DNA of 64,000 nt from the human T2T-CHM13v2.0 reference genome, Homo sapiens. Under the pieces are notes generated by a model. It saw only the letters and a list, made by a program, of their open reading frames with translations. It had not been told where the DNA came from and did not search any database. The translations under genes were made by a program, and so were the position numbers. Positions 45,366 to 58,079 of this stretch are shown in pieces (the first letter of the stretch is position 1; every line of letters starts with the position of its first letter). The stretch is from NCBI RefSeq assembly GCF_009914755.1, contig NC_060937.1; one strand, written 5' to 3'.

Positions 45366-46229
45366 GGTCGAGGGAAACAAACCACAGGTACCTCATTTAA
45401 ATGGAGGACATCAGTGTTCCTTTCTAAGCTATGTTCACTCAGATGATGACAGTCGTAGGTAGCTTTGCCTGCGTTCCTTGCTTCATGTGGTCCTGAAGTG
45501 CTTATGTAACCACCCCAGGGGCAACTGAGGCATTGGTTATTGCCAAACCACCTGACTCTGTTGCATCAGGATACTTGGCCTAAGAAGAACTATTGGGACT
45601 TAGAGAGTTGATTCCATATCGTTAAAGTTCTGACATTCTAATCGGAAAAGAAATGAACCAGCAGACTTTGACAGGTTTTGTGGGGAGGAGAGGAGAGGGA
45701 AAGGGTGAAGCCAGCATTGATTTTTAAATTAAGTTTAAACACAGTTAAGTGGGTCACACTGAAACACATGCCTGCGCAGTCACTTTGCCAGATATTGAAA
45801 AAAAGAAAGGCTGGCTTTGTTTGGTGGAGAGGCAGGCTCAGCCTCCTGAATCTTGCTTACTTCATAGGTAAGGGCTCTTGCTGAGCCACTTGTGTTATTG
45901 ACCCCTGAAGTTGCTGCCATTGGGAGAAACCACAGTAACCAACAGTCAAACAAAACCAGCTCACCATGTGGTAGATGTACCATGAGGATAGGCATGTGGC
46001 CGGTGGTTTAGAGGAGCTGACCTTGGAGCGGGTCTGACCTTAGGTGCAATAGCACATCGCAGCAGAGGAAGTTACAGTGATGACACCTGTGTGCTGCCCT
46101 GCTTGGGTCGGCCCGTCTCCACAGCACCAAGGACAGACTCCTGCACGGAGAAGTTGGAGGAGGAAGATGGTCAGGAGGCTGAAGTGACTGCTTGTATTAA
46201 GGAACATTGTGGGGGTGAGAGGGTGATGA

Positions 46230-46616
<387 letters not shown>

Positions 46617-49600
46617 AGGGTCTTTCTTATCCTAGAAAGAGGACAACACCCTTCTCCCTGTCCTTTTTCTCATTCTGCTACCATTCAAGCTTCTAAGTCA
46701 AAGATCCAGTTCATCTTTTCATAGAAGTATGACTTCATTTATTTTAGTATATTACTAATGAACAACTTTAATATAGCGATCCTATTAATATTTTTAACAT
46801 AATTTGTTTACATTATAAATTAAGTGGGAAGGGGAAGATGATACGAGAATCTTATAGGAAAAAATGTGTCTTCAAGTCTGAACAAGTGACTTAAAAATTG
46901 ATATTTAGAATACTACTTGTTCAACAGTTTACAGAACATTTTACATTCTGGTATTTATTATCTGAGTCAGGGTTGAAGGAATCTGAAGGCATGTATGATC
47001 CATACTCATGGAGAAAAGATACAGCTAATTTTGAAATGAAATAATGGCATTTTATATATGTTTGGTTTCAGAGGCATCCTTTGGGAAAAGCGATCACCTT
47101 CTCCAGATCCGCATTCAGGTGATCTTTGCCAATCTCTGACTGAGCCTGGTGGCACATCACTTCTATCTGGCCTTGACCTTTGAGGCAGCAGGATGACTGC
47201 AGGGAGTAGGCAGTGCTTCCATCTGTGAATCACAAAGCAGATCAACCCCAAAGCAGCCACCTGCACATGTGGTACATCTTCTGCACCTCCATAGACACTT
47301 TTACCTAAGGCCAGATGCATGTACAATAAACTTAAATCCATTGACTTTTCAACAGATTGCTTCACGTCTTTGGATCTGGAAATTTTGACCCAGAATACCA
47401 TTCCCTATTAGCAATGACCTATAACTATCAACTTTACATGTTACCAAGAAAGGTGTCACGCCATGAGAATAATTAATATTTTGATGAGAATTTTCTCTTT
47501 ACAATGCATGTGCTTCTCTAAAAGTAAAAGAAACTGCTCTAAAAGAAATTTTAGGATCCCATGGAGAAAGCTGGGTTCAGGGATGTTGTGTGACTAGCAC
47601 AGGTCACATAACAAAGCAATTCAAAGCAAAGAACCCTGACCCCAAATTCTTAGCCTCAGCTGCTGCCCTTCCTCCCCTTCACCTGTCCCTCAGTCTTGCT
47701 GAGAGGGATGCTCCCTGGTGTTGTCCAGTCATCACTGGGTTCCCTGCATCTGTGTTGTCAGCAGCACATCTGTTTCCCTCCTTAGTTGCATGGGGACTCT
47801 CACTTCCCATTTGCTTCTGCCTTGTAAAGGGTAACATAACCTTGTCTCATCTTGCATCTCCGCTTTCCTTTTTGAGATTCAACATATTTAAGTATTAGTG
47901 ATTCTTTAGTTTTCCTAGCAACTAAACTCAGCTGGTTTTGAACTTCTCGCAAAAGTCAGAATATAGTACTTGCTTTCATTTCAGTCCCCACTGAGCATCT
48001 GACATATTTAAAACATTATTAAGCTGTGTCAAAGGAGCCATGTCCCTGGGATATTATACCAGAGTATTCCTGAATTCTGTGTGTTGGTTATGTTCGAGCA
48101 CAGCGTCTCCCTGAGGACGCGCTGGCAATGAGAACCTCCACCTCTAACAAAGTCTCACAGATCGCCTCTGAGAGATGGGGTGTGTGCTCCAGGGACCCCT
48201 GTTCAGGAGGAGTAGCTGGTCACCTCTGGCTTGGTTCATTGGTGGCATCATGTCACATGACTGTCGTGCATGTCCTAAATGAGGAGATGTGTGCCAAGAG
48301 GCAGGGAGGGCTTGCAAGAAAACAATATGCAAATCTCAGTTCAATTAGAAGACAGTTTAAATTAGAAGCAGAAGGCATTTCAGCAACTGCTTTAATGTGT
48401 AAAACTAATTTGAGAGGATGAGACACTTGATTGCACAGCACAGGGAAAGGGCCTCTTCTGGGCCTCTGTCCTCAGCAGTGGCAAAATGGTCTGTGGGGAC
48501 ATCCCCTACCTTAAGACCTGATAGGCTGCTGGGTGGAAGCTGAGTTGAAAATTAATCTCATTTCCTCAGAATGCAAAGCTATAAATTGGGGCTCTGCCTG
48601 GAAACACATTTTATGCAAAAACAAAAAAATTGAACACTAAAATAAATGCAGCAAAAATAAAATGCAACACACATATATGCTCTTACACACAGTTATTAAG
48701 TATGTCTAATTAAGCTGTGGATATAAAAGCTACATCATTCCCTTTAGGGGTATTCTGTGCTGACTGCACTGTTGGGTGACTTAGCCTGTGAACTCAGTGA
48801 ACACAGCTCCAGATTTGGGCCAGTCTGCCTCTGCCAAGCAGAGACATTGTTTTTGCTCCAGTGACCATCACAGTGCCTTCAGGATTAGGGCCATCCATCT
48901 GGAAAATTTTCATTGCCCTGAATGGTAAATGTGGGGGAGGTGCAGTCTTGTGGTGACATCAGTTTTGGCATGGGTTGCAGGCATGAGGTAGTCCTAACCG
49001 GGAACTTCATTGTTACTGCTGCAATCTTGTTTACCACCAGAAAGGTGGTGGACAGGCCATGGCTGTAGGAAGTCAAGACGCAGGGCAGTCTTCAGGGCTG
49101 AGGGCTGTGACTGGCAACAGCTCCCCTGGAGCCTTCCAAGGTTGCTGTGAGATTGGAGGAAGAGGAGCTCAGAGGCTGTCACTGTGCAGAGGTTGGGGAC
49201 GCAGGCAGGGAGGGGCATTATGGAGGATGCCAGCATCTTTCGCACAAGCTCAGACCTACCTGCCCTTTCATCTCTCACTACACCAGCCTGACCTGCAACT
49301 TTAGACACAGAAGGAAGATTTTCCTTTGTGGTCTAAGACCTGCCTTTGCAAATCCTTGTTTTCTGCACCCCATCACCCCAGAGGATTGACAAAGCAAATA
49401 TGAATCCCTATTGGGGAAACACCATTCTCACCCACAGGAATGTGTTTTAGCCCAGTAACCCCCATAAGGCAAGCCAAGACAATCACACGCTTGTATGAAA
49501 TTGACACCTTTCCAAAAGATACGCTTATTCTAGTTGCATTTGTCCATATACTTTCAATTCACAAACATTGAACTTCAGTGATTGAATACTTAAGTGACGC

Positions 49601-49819
49601 CAGAGCTACAGATGCTCTTTTGAAGCATCTTACCTACTCCTTACACAGAGAGACCCTGAAGGTACCAGATCAAAGGGTAAGGGGGCTTCTTTCTTTTACT
49701 AAGGTATGTATATTGGGGCTAGGAAGAGGAAGGACGGTGTCTGGCATTAGGCCTGGGGAATAACTTCATCTCTGAAATTAGGACCTTGGATGCTTTCTCT
49801 TTATGAATGTTGTAAATTA

Positions 49820-50141
<322 letters not shown>

Positions 50142-50169
50142 GGAAATGATAAATTTCAGTGGTTTTAAC

Positions 50170-50284
50170 TGGCCATGGTATGTACCTGTTATCCCAGCTA
50201 CTTGGAGGATGAGGTGAGAGGATCACTTGAGTCTAAGAATTTGAGGCCACCCCGGGCAACATAGCAAGATTGAGTCTCTTAAAA
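50170..50284 (+). mobile_element. Partial old Alu monomer (FLAM-like)
   Basis: atcccagctacttggaggatgaggtgagaggatcacttgag...gggcaacatagcaag. Confidence 0.8.
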
Positions 50285-50387
50285 CTTTTTTCCAGTAATT
50301 TCAGAAAAACTATTCTGAAACTAATTGGTAGCACATTCATGGTTTTCAGCACTCTCTCTCTTTTTATTACAATTCTTCTTCCTAATA

Positions 50388-50490
50388 GCATCAGTGGCCA
50401 CAGTTGCTGCTAGACATCCTACAAAGCACAGGTCTGCTCCCACAACAAAGAACCATCTGGCCCAGATGTTGGGGTATCAGACCTGAGATG
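50388..50490. mobile_element. MER20-like hAT fragment
   Basis: gctgctagacatcctacaaagcacagg...cccacaacaaagaaccatctggcccagatgt. Confidence 0.6.
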
Positions 50491-51658
50491 TGCAAAGCCA
50501 GCAGCCCCTTCAGCCAGTCATTCAACAGACACATGCTGAGAACACAGTGAAATAAGACAAGGCTTCTGCCTATAGAGAACTTTCCATGCTCCTCAGAGAG
50601 GTTAGTGGAGAAGGCAGACAAGGAAAGCAGAATGACCGGGCAGTGTGGGAAACATTAGAGAACTGTTTCTAGGTATTTCAAACAGAGAATCTAATACAGG
50701 GGTTATTTTTATACAGCTGAGAAACAGAAGACAGTGCAATAGCAGGAAGTTGCTACCAGCCCCTGGGCTGGAGTGGTAAACAAGAGGGCGTGTTGCTTGA
50801 GCTGGGAGTTGGTGCTGCCCACAGGACCTCGGACCTGGGAGGGAGGAGCTTCCCAGCAGGGCTGGAGCCACAGAGACACCACAGCTGCTGCACGTGCCCA
50901 CAAAATACTGTGGCAACTCCCTTCCCCCAACCCTCAAGTCACCTCCCACCACCACTGCCCACTGCCAAACCTGGACAGAAGCCATTTGTCAGGAATCTGG
51001 GAATTGTGGTTCCCAAAACAGAGAGATAACAATGGCTGGAGAAAGAGCCTGAGAGCAGACAAAACTCGCAAAGGCATGGTGGTGTGAGGATCATGACAAA
51101 TAGCTCAGCCCTGCTGGAGGGAAAGGCGTCCTGTATTAGGCACAGGACATTCAACATCTCCTCAAAGTCCACAGGCAGCCAGTGACCCTGGTTCAGTGAC
51201 ACACCCATCTGCAGTGTGGAATGGACTCTGGCAGCAGAGTGAAGGATGGGTGGGCAGTGAGCCAGACCATGGTCATCCAGGTGGAAGGTAATGCAGGCTG
51301 GGAATGAGGCACCAGCCACCATGCCGACAAAGGGCTGGTGGGCATGCAGTAGAGTCGCTTAGACCTGGTGTAATCTGTAGGGAAGGAAGAGGGTCTAGCA
51401 TGACCCCCAGGTTCTGGCCAGGAGGTAGCAGTGCTGGGGTGGACCCTCTGATTTCCACCCTGCTGGGCTGTCACTACAGCAATGGTAGTAAGCTACTCAG
51501 CCTCACTGGGCCCTAGCATCCTCACTGGCATGAATAGGGGTCACATGTTCCCTAGGGCAACATTCTGTGCAGCTGTGATTTAAGGGTCTGCACTCACTCC
51601 TTCAGCATTTTGGATTTCAATATGTTTTCTTTCAGTGTCACTTTGTTATCATGTAAAT

Positions 51659-51879
51659 CAAGCTTCTCTAACCAGTGGGCCGCAGGCTGCATGTGGCCCA
51701 GGGAAGCTTTGAATGTGGCCCAACACAAATTCGTAAACTTTGGTAAAACATTATGAGGGGTTTTTTTTTTTGCGATTTTTTTTTTAATCTCATCAGCAGT
51801 TGTGTTAGTGTGTTTTATGTGTGGCCCAAGACAATTCTTTCAATGTGACCCAGGAAAGCCAGAAGGTTAGACACTCCTG
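51659..51879 (-). mobile_element. MER30 (hAT-Charlie MITE)
   Basis: Similar to the copy at 16522; 8-bp TSD atgtaaat/atgtacat. Confidence 0.9.
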
Positions 51880-53351
51880 ATGTACATGATGAGTATATTA
51901 CAAAAACCTTCCTGCTTTTTTGTACATTTAATCTGTTCTATATTCCTGAATTTCAAATTTAAGTTTTTATTTAAAAATTACTGGTCAGAAGCTTTTTTGT
52001 TTGTTTGTTTCATTTTTTTGTTTGTTTGTTTTTGGTGCAAATTCTCATTATCACCAAAAAAAAAAAAAAAAAAGTTTCATTCTAAAGTTCATACACCCTA
52101 GAATCCAGCTTGTAGACAGTGGATTTCACAATATTCCTATCTGAAATTCTTTCTTAGTTCTGTTCTCTTCCTATCTCTGGCAGAGTTCCCACAATTTATA
52201 AGACTTGCTACAAAACCACTAATTGAATTGCAACCCTTGGTTAGTTAATTGAGGTCAAATTATTAGTTCTAAATAATGCAACTTGGTATGTTACTCAGAA
52301 ATTCCAGGAAAAGGCTTTTTTTCCATAATTTTCAGTTTCATTCTTAGCAGCACACAACAATCACGTTGTTCAGCTCAGGAACAAAATACTAAGTCACTGG
52401 TCGTTTAAAAAGCATATTGTCCCAATTAGAAACCCCAATTTTTTGCATGTGTTTTATGAAATCTGAATCCTAGAAATTAAGTTCTGAGTGTTAGAAAATT
52501 TCAACTTCTTCACTCTATAAAAACATAGTGGGTTGTAACAACTTCTTACCTTGGTACGGATTAGACAAGGCAGGATAACTGATACGACTTCACATCGAAG
52601 TTAAATCTAAGTGTGCAAAGCACAGCATTCTTACCCTCAGAGAGTGCACAGTCTTGTTTGAAGGCAGCCATATAAAGCTATCATTATAATCCATTTTGGT
52701 AAAAACAATTTGATGAGATGCCTGAAGGCCTGTGGAAGCACAGAGTAAGGGATTTCATTCATTGCAGGGGGCTCAGGAAGGAATTCCTGGGGAAGGAGAC
52801 ACCTGCAGTTCGTCTCAAAGAATGATGAGGTATTAGATTAAGGATGTGTAGGCTTTTCTAAACCCACTTTCACCTTAATTTTACTAATTTATCGCACTGA
52901 GCTTTCCTTCCAATGATACTGTTCTACTTACTGTAGAGTGATCAGTTACCCCATTTGCAAGGAACTTTGCTGGTTTCAACCCTGAAAGTCCCATATCCTG
53001 AGATACCCTTCATTCCTGGGTCAGTCAGACACCTGGTCCCCCAAATGTACTGCCTCCCAGTTGTACTGTGTGTCGTTGACTGTTGCTTTGCTCTTGCCAG
53101 TTTCTTATCTAGAATGAGCGATTACCTTATCATTGCCTTGAATTCCTCATGGGACCCGCACAGACGCTTGTACCCAGTAGATGCTCATGAAGTGGGTATA
53201 TGCATAAATGTTGGTACCTCTTCCTCTGTAGACAGCACTGAAATACAGATCACTGAAATGACTGACTCAAGAGCCATATGACAGCACCAAGGTTAGGCCG
53301 ATTCCCATGTCTTGGGCCCTTGTTTCCTTCTTGGTTATAAAAGGTCTTATA

Positions 53352-53366
53352 GTGCCCTCTGGTGGT
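53352..53366 (-). promoter_or_regulatory. Candidate CTCF site
   Basis: Minus strand reads ACCACCAGAGGGCAC, close to the CTCF core. Confidence 0.55.
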
Positions 53367-54119
53367 GTCAGGAAGCTGTCTAATCCCCTGAATTACAAGG
53401 CAGAAATCATGCCTTCTCTTCTGTATTCAGTGCGAGTCATAAGAAGACCATTACTACTAATGTCAGTGCCTGTGAACTGGACTTGACCTTTTGATTAAAC
53501 AATCTCATTCATTTCATGATTCTGAGATGCTGAAACAATGAAATTCCCTATCCCTTCTAGAGCACATGAGGTTGGATAGGTGATATCAAATGTTGAACTT
53601 ACTTTGCAACTGGTTACAGGCTTCATATCCAGTCTCATCGCAGAGATGATTCAAGCCTCTGCTTATGTGGCTCATCCAAATGTAACCCCCAGCTCCTCTG
53701 GCCCCCTAATTCCTCCATTAGAACATTAAACTGCAGAGGGCGTGTGGTAGCCCATCAGTCTTCTGATGAATGGAATTGGCTGATGGTCTAAGTCATCGTA
53801 GCCTCCCTTGTCCCGGGTGGAATCAACTCTTTGACCCTTTACCTATGGCTGTCTGTGGGAATCCCTTCTCACTGGAAATGATGTAGGGGCAAATAAAAAT
53901 AGAACCCATCAAGAACATGGGGCGTAGGAGCAGAAGAGAGATGTTTCTGTTTGCATGGGGTCAGATTCTGCACTTGATAGGGATACGCTAAATTGGGATC
54001 TGATCTCAAGATCTTTAAAAAATGTCCTCCTCTTGTTCCTCTCTTGCCTTTGGCCTCTGTGGCCTTGGAGGTAATGGCATTGACTGATGTCTAAAGATTT
54101 TTGGGATTTATTTACAGTC

Positions 54120-54425
54120 AGGGTCGTGAGGCCCAGGAATTGGAGTCAGATGCCTGGGGTACAGATGCCCATTGTGCTTCTCTGTTCATTAGTTTACTGC
54201 AGTGGAGAAGAGTGTGGGCTTTGTGGGGACAGCTGCAGGACTCCCAGGCAAATGACCTAACCTGCCTGAGTATCCATCTGGTTGTCTGAAAAATGCAAGT
54301 CATTCTGTGACCTCTTAGGTTTCTGTGTGTACTCAGTGACGTTATGTTTTCCAAGACCTTAGGGCAGAGGCCTGACATATAGTAAGTACTTAAAAGTTGG
54401 TAGTCTTTTATGGTTATTATCATAA
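54120..54425 (+). mobile_element. MIR fragments
   Basis: tggagtcagatgcctggg..., gagcctgacatatagtaagtacttaaaagttgg. Confidence 0.55.
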
Positions 54426-54555
54426 TCTATCATTCATTCATCCAGTAACTATTTATTGAGAACGGGGGGCTGAGACATGTAGGCTATCACTTGAAGGCTA
54501 AGCAGGTCTTGGCCTGATGGGAAAGGTTAAGGGGGAGCAGGATTTTCATTTTTCA

Positions 54556-54780
54556 GGGGAGGGCCATGGACCCAGGTGTGGGGTTGAAGGGTTTGGACAC
54601 AGATGTGCATGATGGGGAAAGCATGGACAAGATCTGAGGGGAAGGGATGGACACAGGTGTGTGGGGAAGGCATGGACACAGGTGTGTGGGAAAGTATGTA
54701 TACAGGTGTGTGCAGTAAAGATATGGATACAGGTATTGGGGGAAGGTGTGGAAGTGGATGTGTGGGATGGGCATGGGTGC
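54556..54780 (+). repeat. Degenerate G-rich minisatellite, ~25-bp unit, ~8-9 copies
   Basis: Consensus approximately ggggaaggcatggacacaggtgtgt. Confidence 0.85.
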
Positions 54781-54858
54781 AGTAGTGTGTGGTTGTCAGG
54801 GCACGTGGGAAGAGGAAAAAGATGCCGAATTTGTTTAATTTGAATTCTTACCTCTGAA

Positions 54859-55165
<307 letters not shown>

Positions 55166-55870
55166 TGAATTTCTAATATACTTCAGCAGCATCCTCACTT
55201 CTCTCTGCTGTATGGCCAGTTGGAAAAAGACCCCCACCAATGTGTTTCCTTCTCAGAGGCTGCCCTGGCATGTCCTTGCTGAGTCCTTCCCGCCTGTGTC
55301 TAGGTGGCCCTGTGAGGCTCTCAGTTAGTGTTTGGGCGTCTCAGCCCTCCTGGACAGGAGGCAGCTGCCAGCATGTGGGGCTCCATCTCTGCTCCTCATG
55401 CTTATTCCTGCGTGTGCCAGCACTTGGTTTGAGTATTCGGTATGTTGGATTCAACACAGGCTGCCATTTTAATGTCATGCTTTTGAAATCGTTGTGAGGT
55501 TTTCTTTTGGTATTTCCTAATTATTTTTTTTTCCATTTCAAATAAGAAGAAAAGATAGTGTTGAATGATACCTAGATATTTTCATTCCAGCGGTTTTTTT
55601 CCTAGTCTCACCTACACAGGTTCCAGTGAGCTCAGGAGTTTACCTTCATGTCCGTGGCACAGCCCATAATTACCCTTCTCTGTCCAGGGATGTATATTTG
55701 CATCTTTCCTTCAACTTATGAAGTGAATGGAGGGGAAATGTACAGTTTTAATTGAGTTTGAAGTAGCTTTCATCTGACCAGCCCTGTGCTGGAGCGTGCC
55801 TCTTCTTCTGTGAGCAGAGGGGCTACTGCGTGGGAAATGGCTAAACCGCCTGCTTTGTCTTTCACTGCAG

Positions 55871-55981
55871 CCCGTGGCCACCCAGGAGCCCGATGTGCAA
55901 GGCAGGTGTGAGTGCCAGGACGGCATTCCTGGAGATGAAGGCCTGGAGCTGCGGTCTGCGGACTCGGCAGTGCCCGTGGCC
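55871..55981 (+). other. SPATA13: 5' part of the exon (111 nt): 5'UTR, or coding if spliced from an upstream in-frame start
   Basis: Acceptor ctgctttgtctttcactgcag| ends at 55870, with a branch-like ctaaac at 55841-55846. The 37 codons are open and in frame with the ATG at 55982. Confidence 0.85.
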
Positions 55982-57634
55982 ATGACCCAGGCTGCCGTGC
56001 GGCCCTGGGCACCCTGCCTGGAGAACATGACCACTGCCCCAAACGGCCTCGGGCCAGGCCCCGCAGCCCCCTGTGCAGGCTCGGACCTGAAAGACGCCAA
56101 GATGGTGACCTCCCTTGCGTGTGGAAATGGAGTCTGTGGCTGCAGCCCTGGTGGCGACACGGACACCCAGGAAGCCAAACTCAGCCCAGCCAAGCTTGTG
56201 CGCCTCTTTTCCACCAGTCGGAAGAGGACGGGTGCCCACCCCGAGCGGCCCCACTCCATGGTCCTGGTGGGGAACTCCTCCACATGGAACACCCTCGCCT
56301 CCTTCCGGAAAATGGGATCCTTTAAGAAACTGAAGTCCTCAGTCCTGAAAGGAATTCAGAGCCGAGAGGGGTCAAATGCCTGTTCAAAGGGAGAGGCTTC
56401 GGAGCATGGCCTGGGAAAGTCCATCCCAAATGGCGCTGTCCCAGGAGCCCAGGCAAGCAGGGGCTCCCCCTTAGCACCGGGACCAGCATGTGGTGCCCTC
56501 AGGCCAGCAGAGTGGGGCACATTGGATGGCTCCGACCTCGAGGACACGGACGATGCCTTCCAGCGGAGCACACACCGCTCCCGCAGCCTCCGCAGAGCCT
56601 ACGGCCTGGGCCGCATCTGCCTGCTGGATGCGCCCCAGAACCATGCGACACCCACGATAGCCACTGGCCAGGTGCCCGCCGTGTGTGAGATTCTCGTGAG
56701 GGACCCTGAAAACAACAGCATGGGCTACAGGAGGAGCAAGAGCACGGACAATCTTGCCTTTCTGAAGAAGAGCTCCTTTAAGCGGAAGTCCACCTCCAAT
56801 CTTGCAGACCTCAGGACGGCCCATGACGCACGGGTACCACAGAGGACCCTGAGCAGTTCCTCCACTGACTCCCAAAAGCTTGGGTCAGGAAGGACCAAAC
56901 GCTGGAGGAGCCCGATAAGGGCCAAGGACTTTGACAGAGTCTTCAAACTTGTGAGCAATGTGACTGAGGCTGCCTGGAGGAGGGAGAGTCCTAGGAGTGG
57001 GGCCCCATCCCCTGGAGAGGCCAGCCTGAGACTTCAGGCACACAGCCGGCTGCATGACGACTACTCCCGCCGCGTCTCCAGGAGCACTGAGCAGGACAGC
57101 AGGCGGGGCGGGGCGGTCATGCATGGGACCACTGCAACCTGCACCGTGGCCCCCGGTTTCGGCTCAGCCACCTCTAAGGGGCCCCACCTAGACGCTGACA
57201 CTGCCGTATTTCCTCTTGAAACCAAAAGTTCCTGGGCGGTGGAAAGCGACAGTTCCTGCACTTGCAGCTCTTTGCCAAGCCCGATTGTCCAGGATGTGTT
57301 GAGCAAAGACTCCTGTGACCCAAACGCTGGCAGCCAGTTGACATTTGACCCTGAGCAGCCTCCCACCCCTCTAAGGCCCACCACACCCAAGCCCCAGAGC
57401 CCTCAGAGCCCCCAGAGCCCCGGGGCAGGAAGTGCCAGCTGTCACAGCAATCACAGTGCCCTGTCCGCGAATTCAGAGGAAAGTGAAGGAAGGGCAGAAG
57501 AGCCTGCTCAGAGAGAGCCAGGGCCTGTGTCCTTGCAGGATCCCCTGGAAGCCACACATGGTGATGAGGGCAGCAAGGACCTTCTGGTGAACATTGGTGT
57601 GGCAGCCGGCCCAGAAGAAAAGGAGAAGGAGGAG
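55982..57634 (+). CDS. SPATA13: Coding part of a large internal exon: N-terminal 551 aa of the long SPATA13/ASEF2 isoform (partial CDS, continues beyond the window)
   Basis: GC/CpG-rich open frame MTQAAVRPWAPCLENMTTAPNG...GPEEKEKEE, recognised as the SPATA13 long-isoform N-terminus. ATG in gccATG context at 55982; strong donor GAG|gtaagg after 57634; 1653 nt = 551 codons, phase 0. Confidence 0.93.
57392..57421 (+). repeat. Coding 9-bp tandem repeat encoding PQSPQSPQSP
   Basis: ccccagagc cctcagagc ccccagagc ccc. Confidence 0.95.
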
Positions 57635-58079
57635 GTAAGGGCAGCGGCGAGGTCCCTCATGTGGGCGACCCTCCTGCGGGAAGGGAGCTTGCACAGGTGT
57701 TGCCCTTGGTCCCTAACCTGTCAAGGTCAGTGGCCCTCTGCTGACCTTGTTGCCCTTACAGTATTAGTGGGAATGGGAGTTGTCAAGTTGCTGTTTACCA
57801 AGTTCAGAAGTAATCTCTATCTCCTTTGAAATAAATTGACAATGTACGAGATTCATTGAGATGACATTTGCCACACCTTTCATTCAAAAGATGTTTATTG
57901 AACATGTACCAGGTACTAGATTCTGGGGGAAAAAAATAAGTTGTAAACAAACTGTCTTCTGCTCCATGCAGCTCTGACTCATATCTTTCTTCTTTGTATT
58001 TTAAGCTGTTTCTGTAACCTTTCCCACAAAGTACATATAAGTGAAATTCTTTCTGTTAAGAGACTATTACCTGTCCTAA

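Noticed and set aside
50660-51090. Possible ancient LTR fragment with several short ORFs
   Set aside because: The texture suggests an old LTR, but I could not assign a family or termini; the ORFs are uninformative.
55711-57694. Antisense and alternate-frame ORFs over the exon (up to 193 aa)
   Set aside because: Expected shadows of a GC-rich coding exon; no independent signals or recognisable domains.
55874-57829. The 651-aa ORF as a stand-alone intronless gene
   Set aside because: It is bounded by a canonical acceptor (55870) and donor (57635) and starts at a GTG. It is an exon of a spliced gene; the read-through tail is treated separately as a hypothesis.
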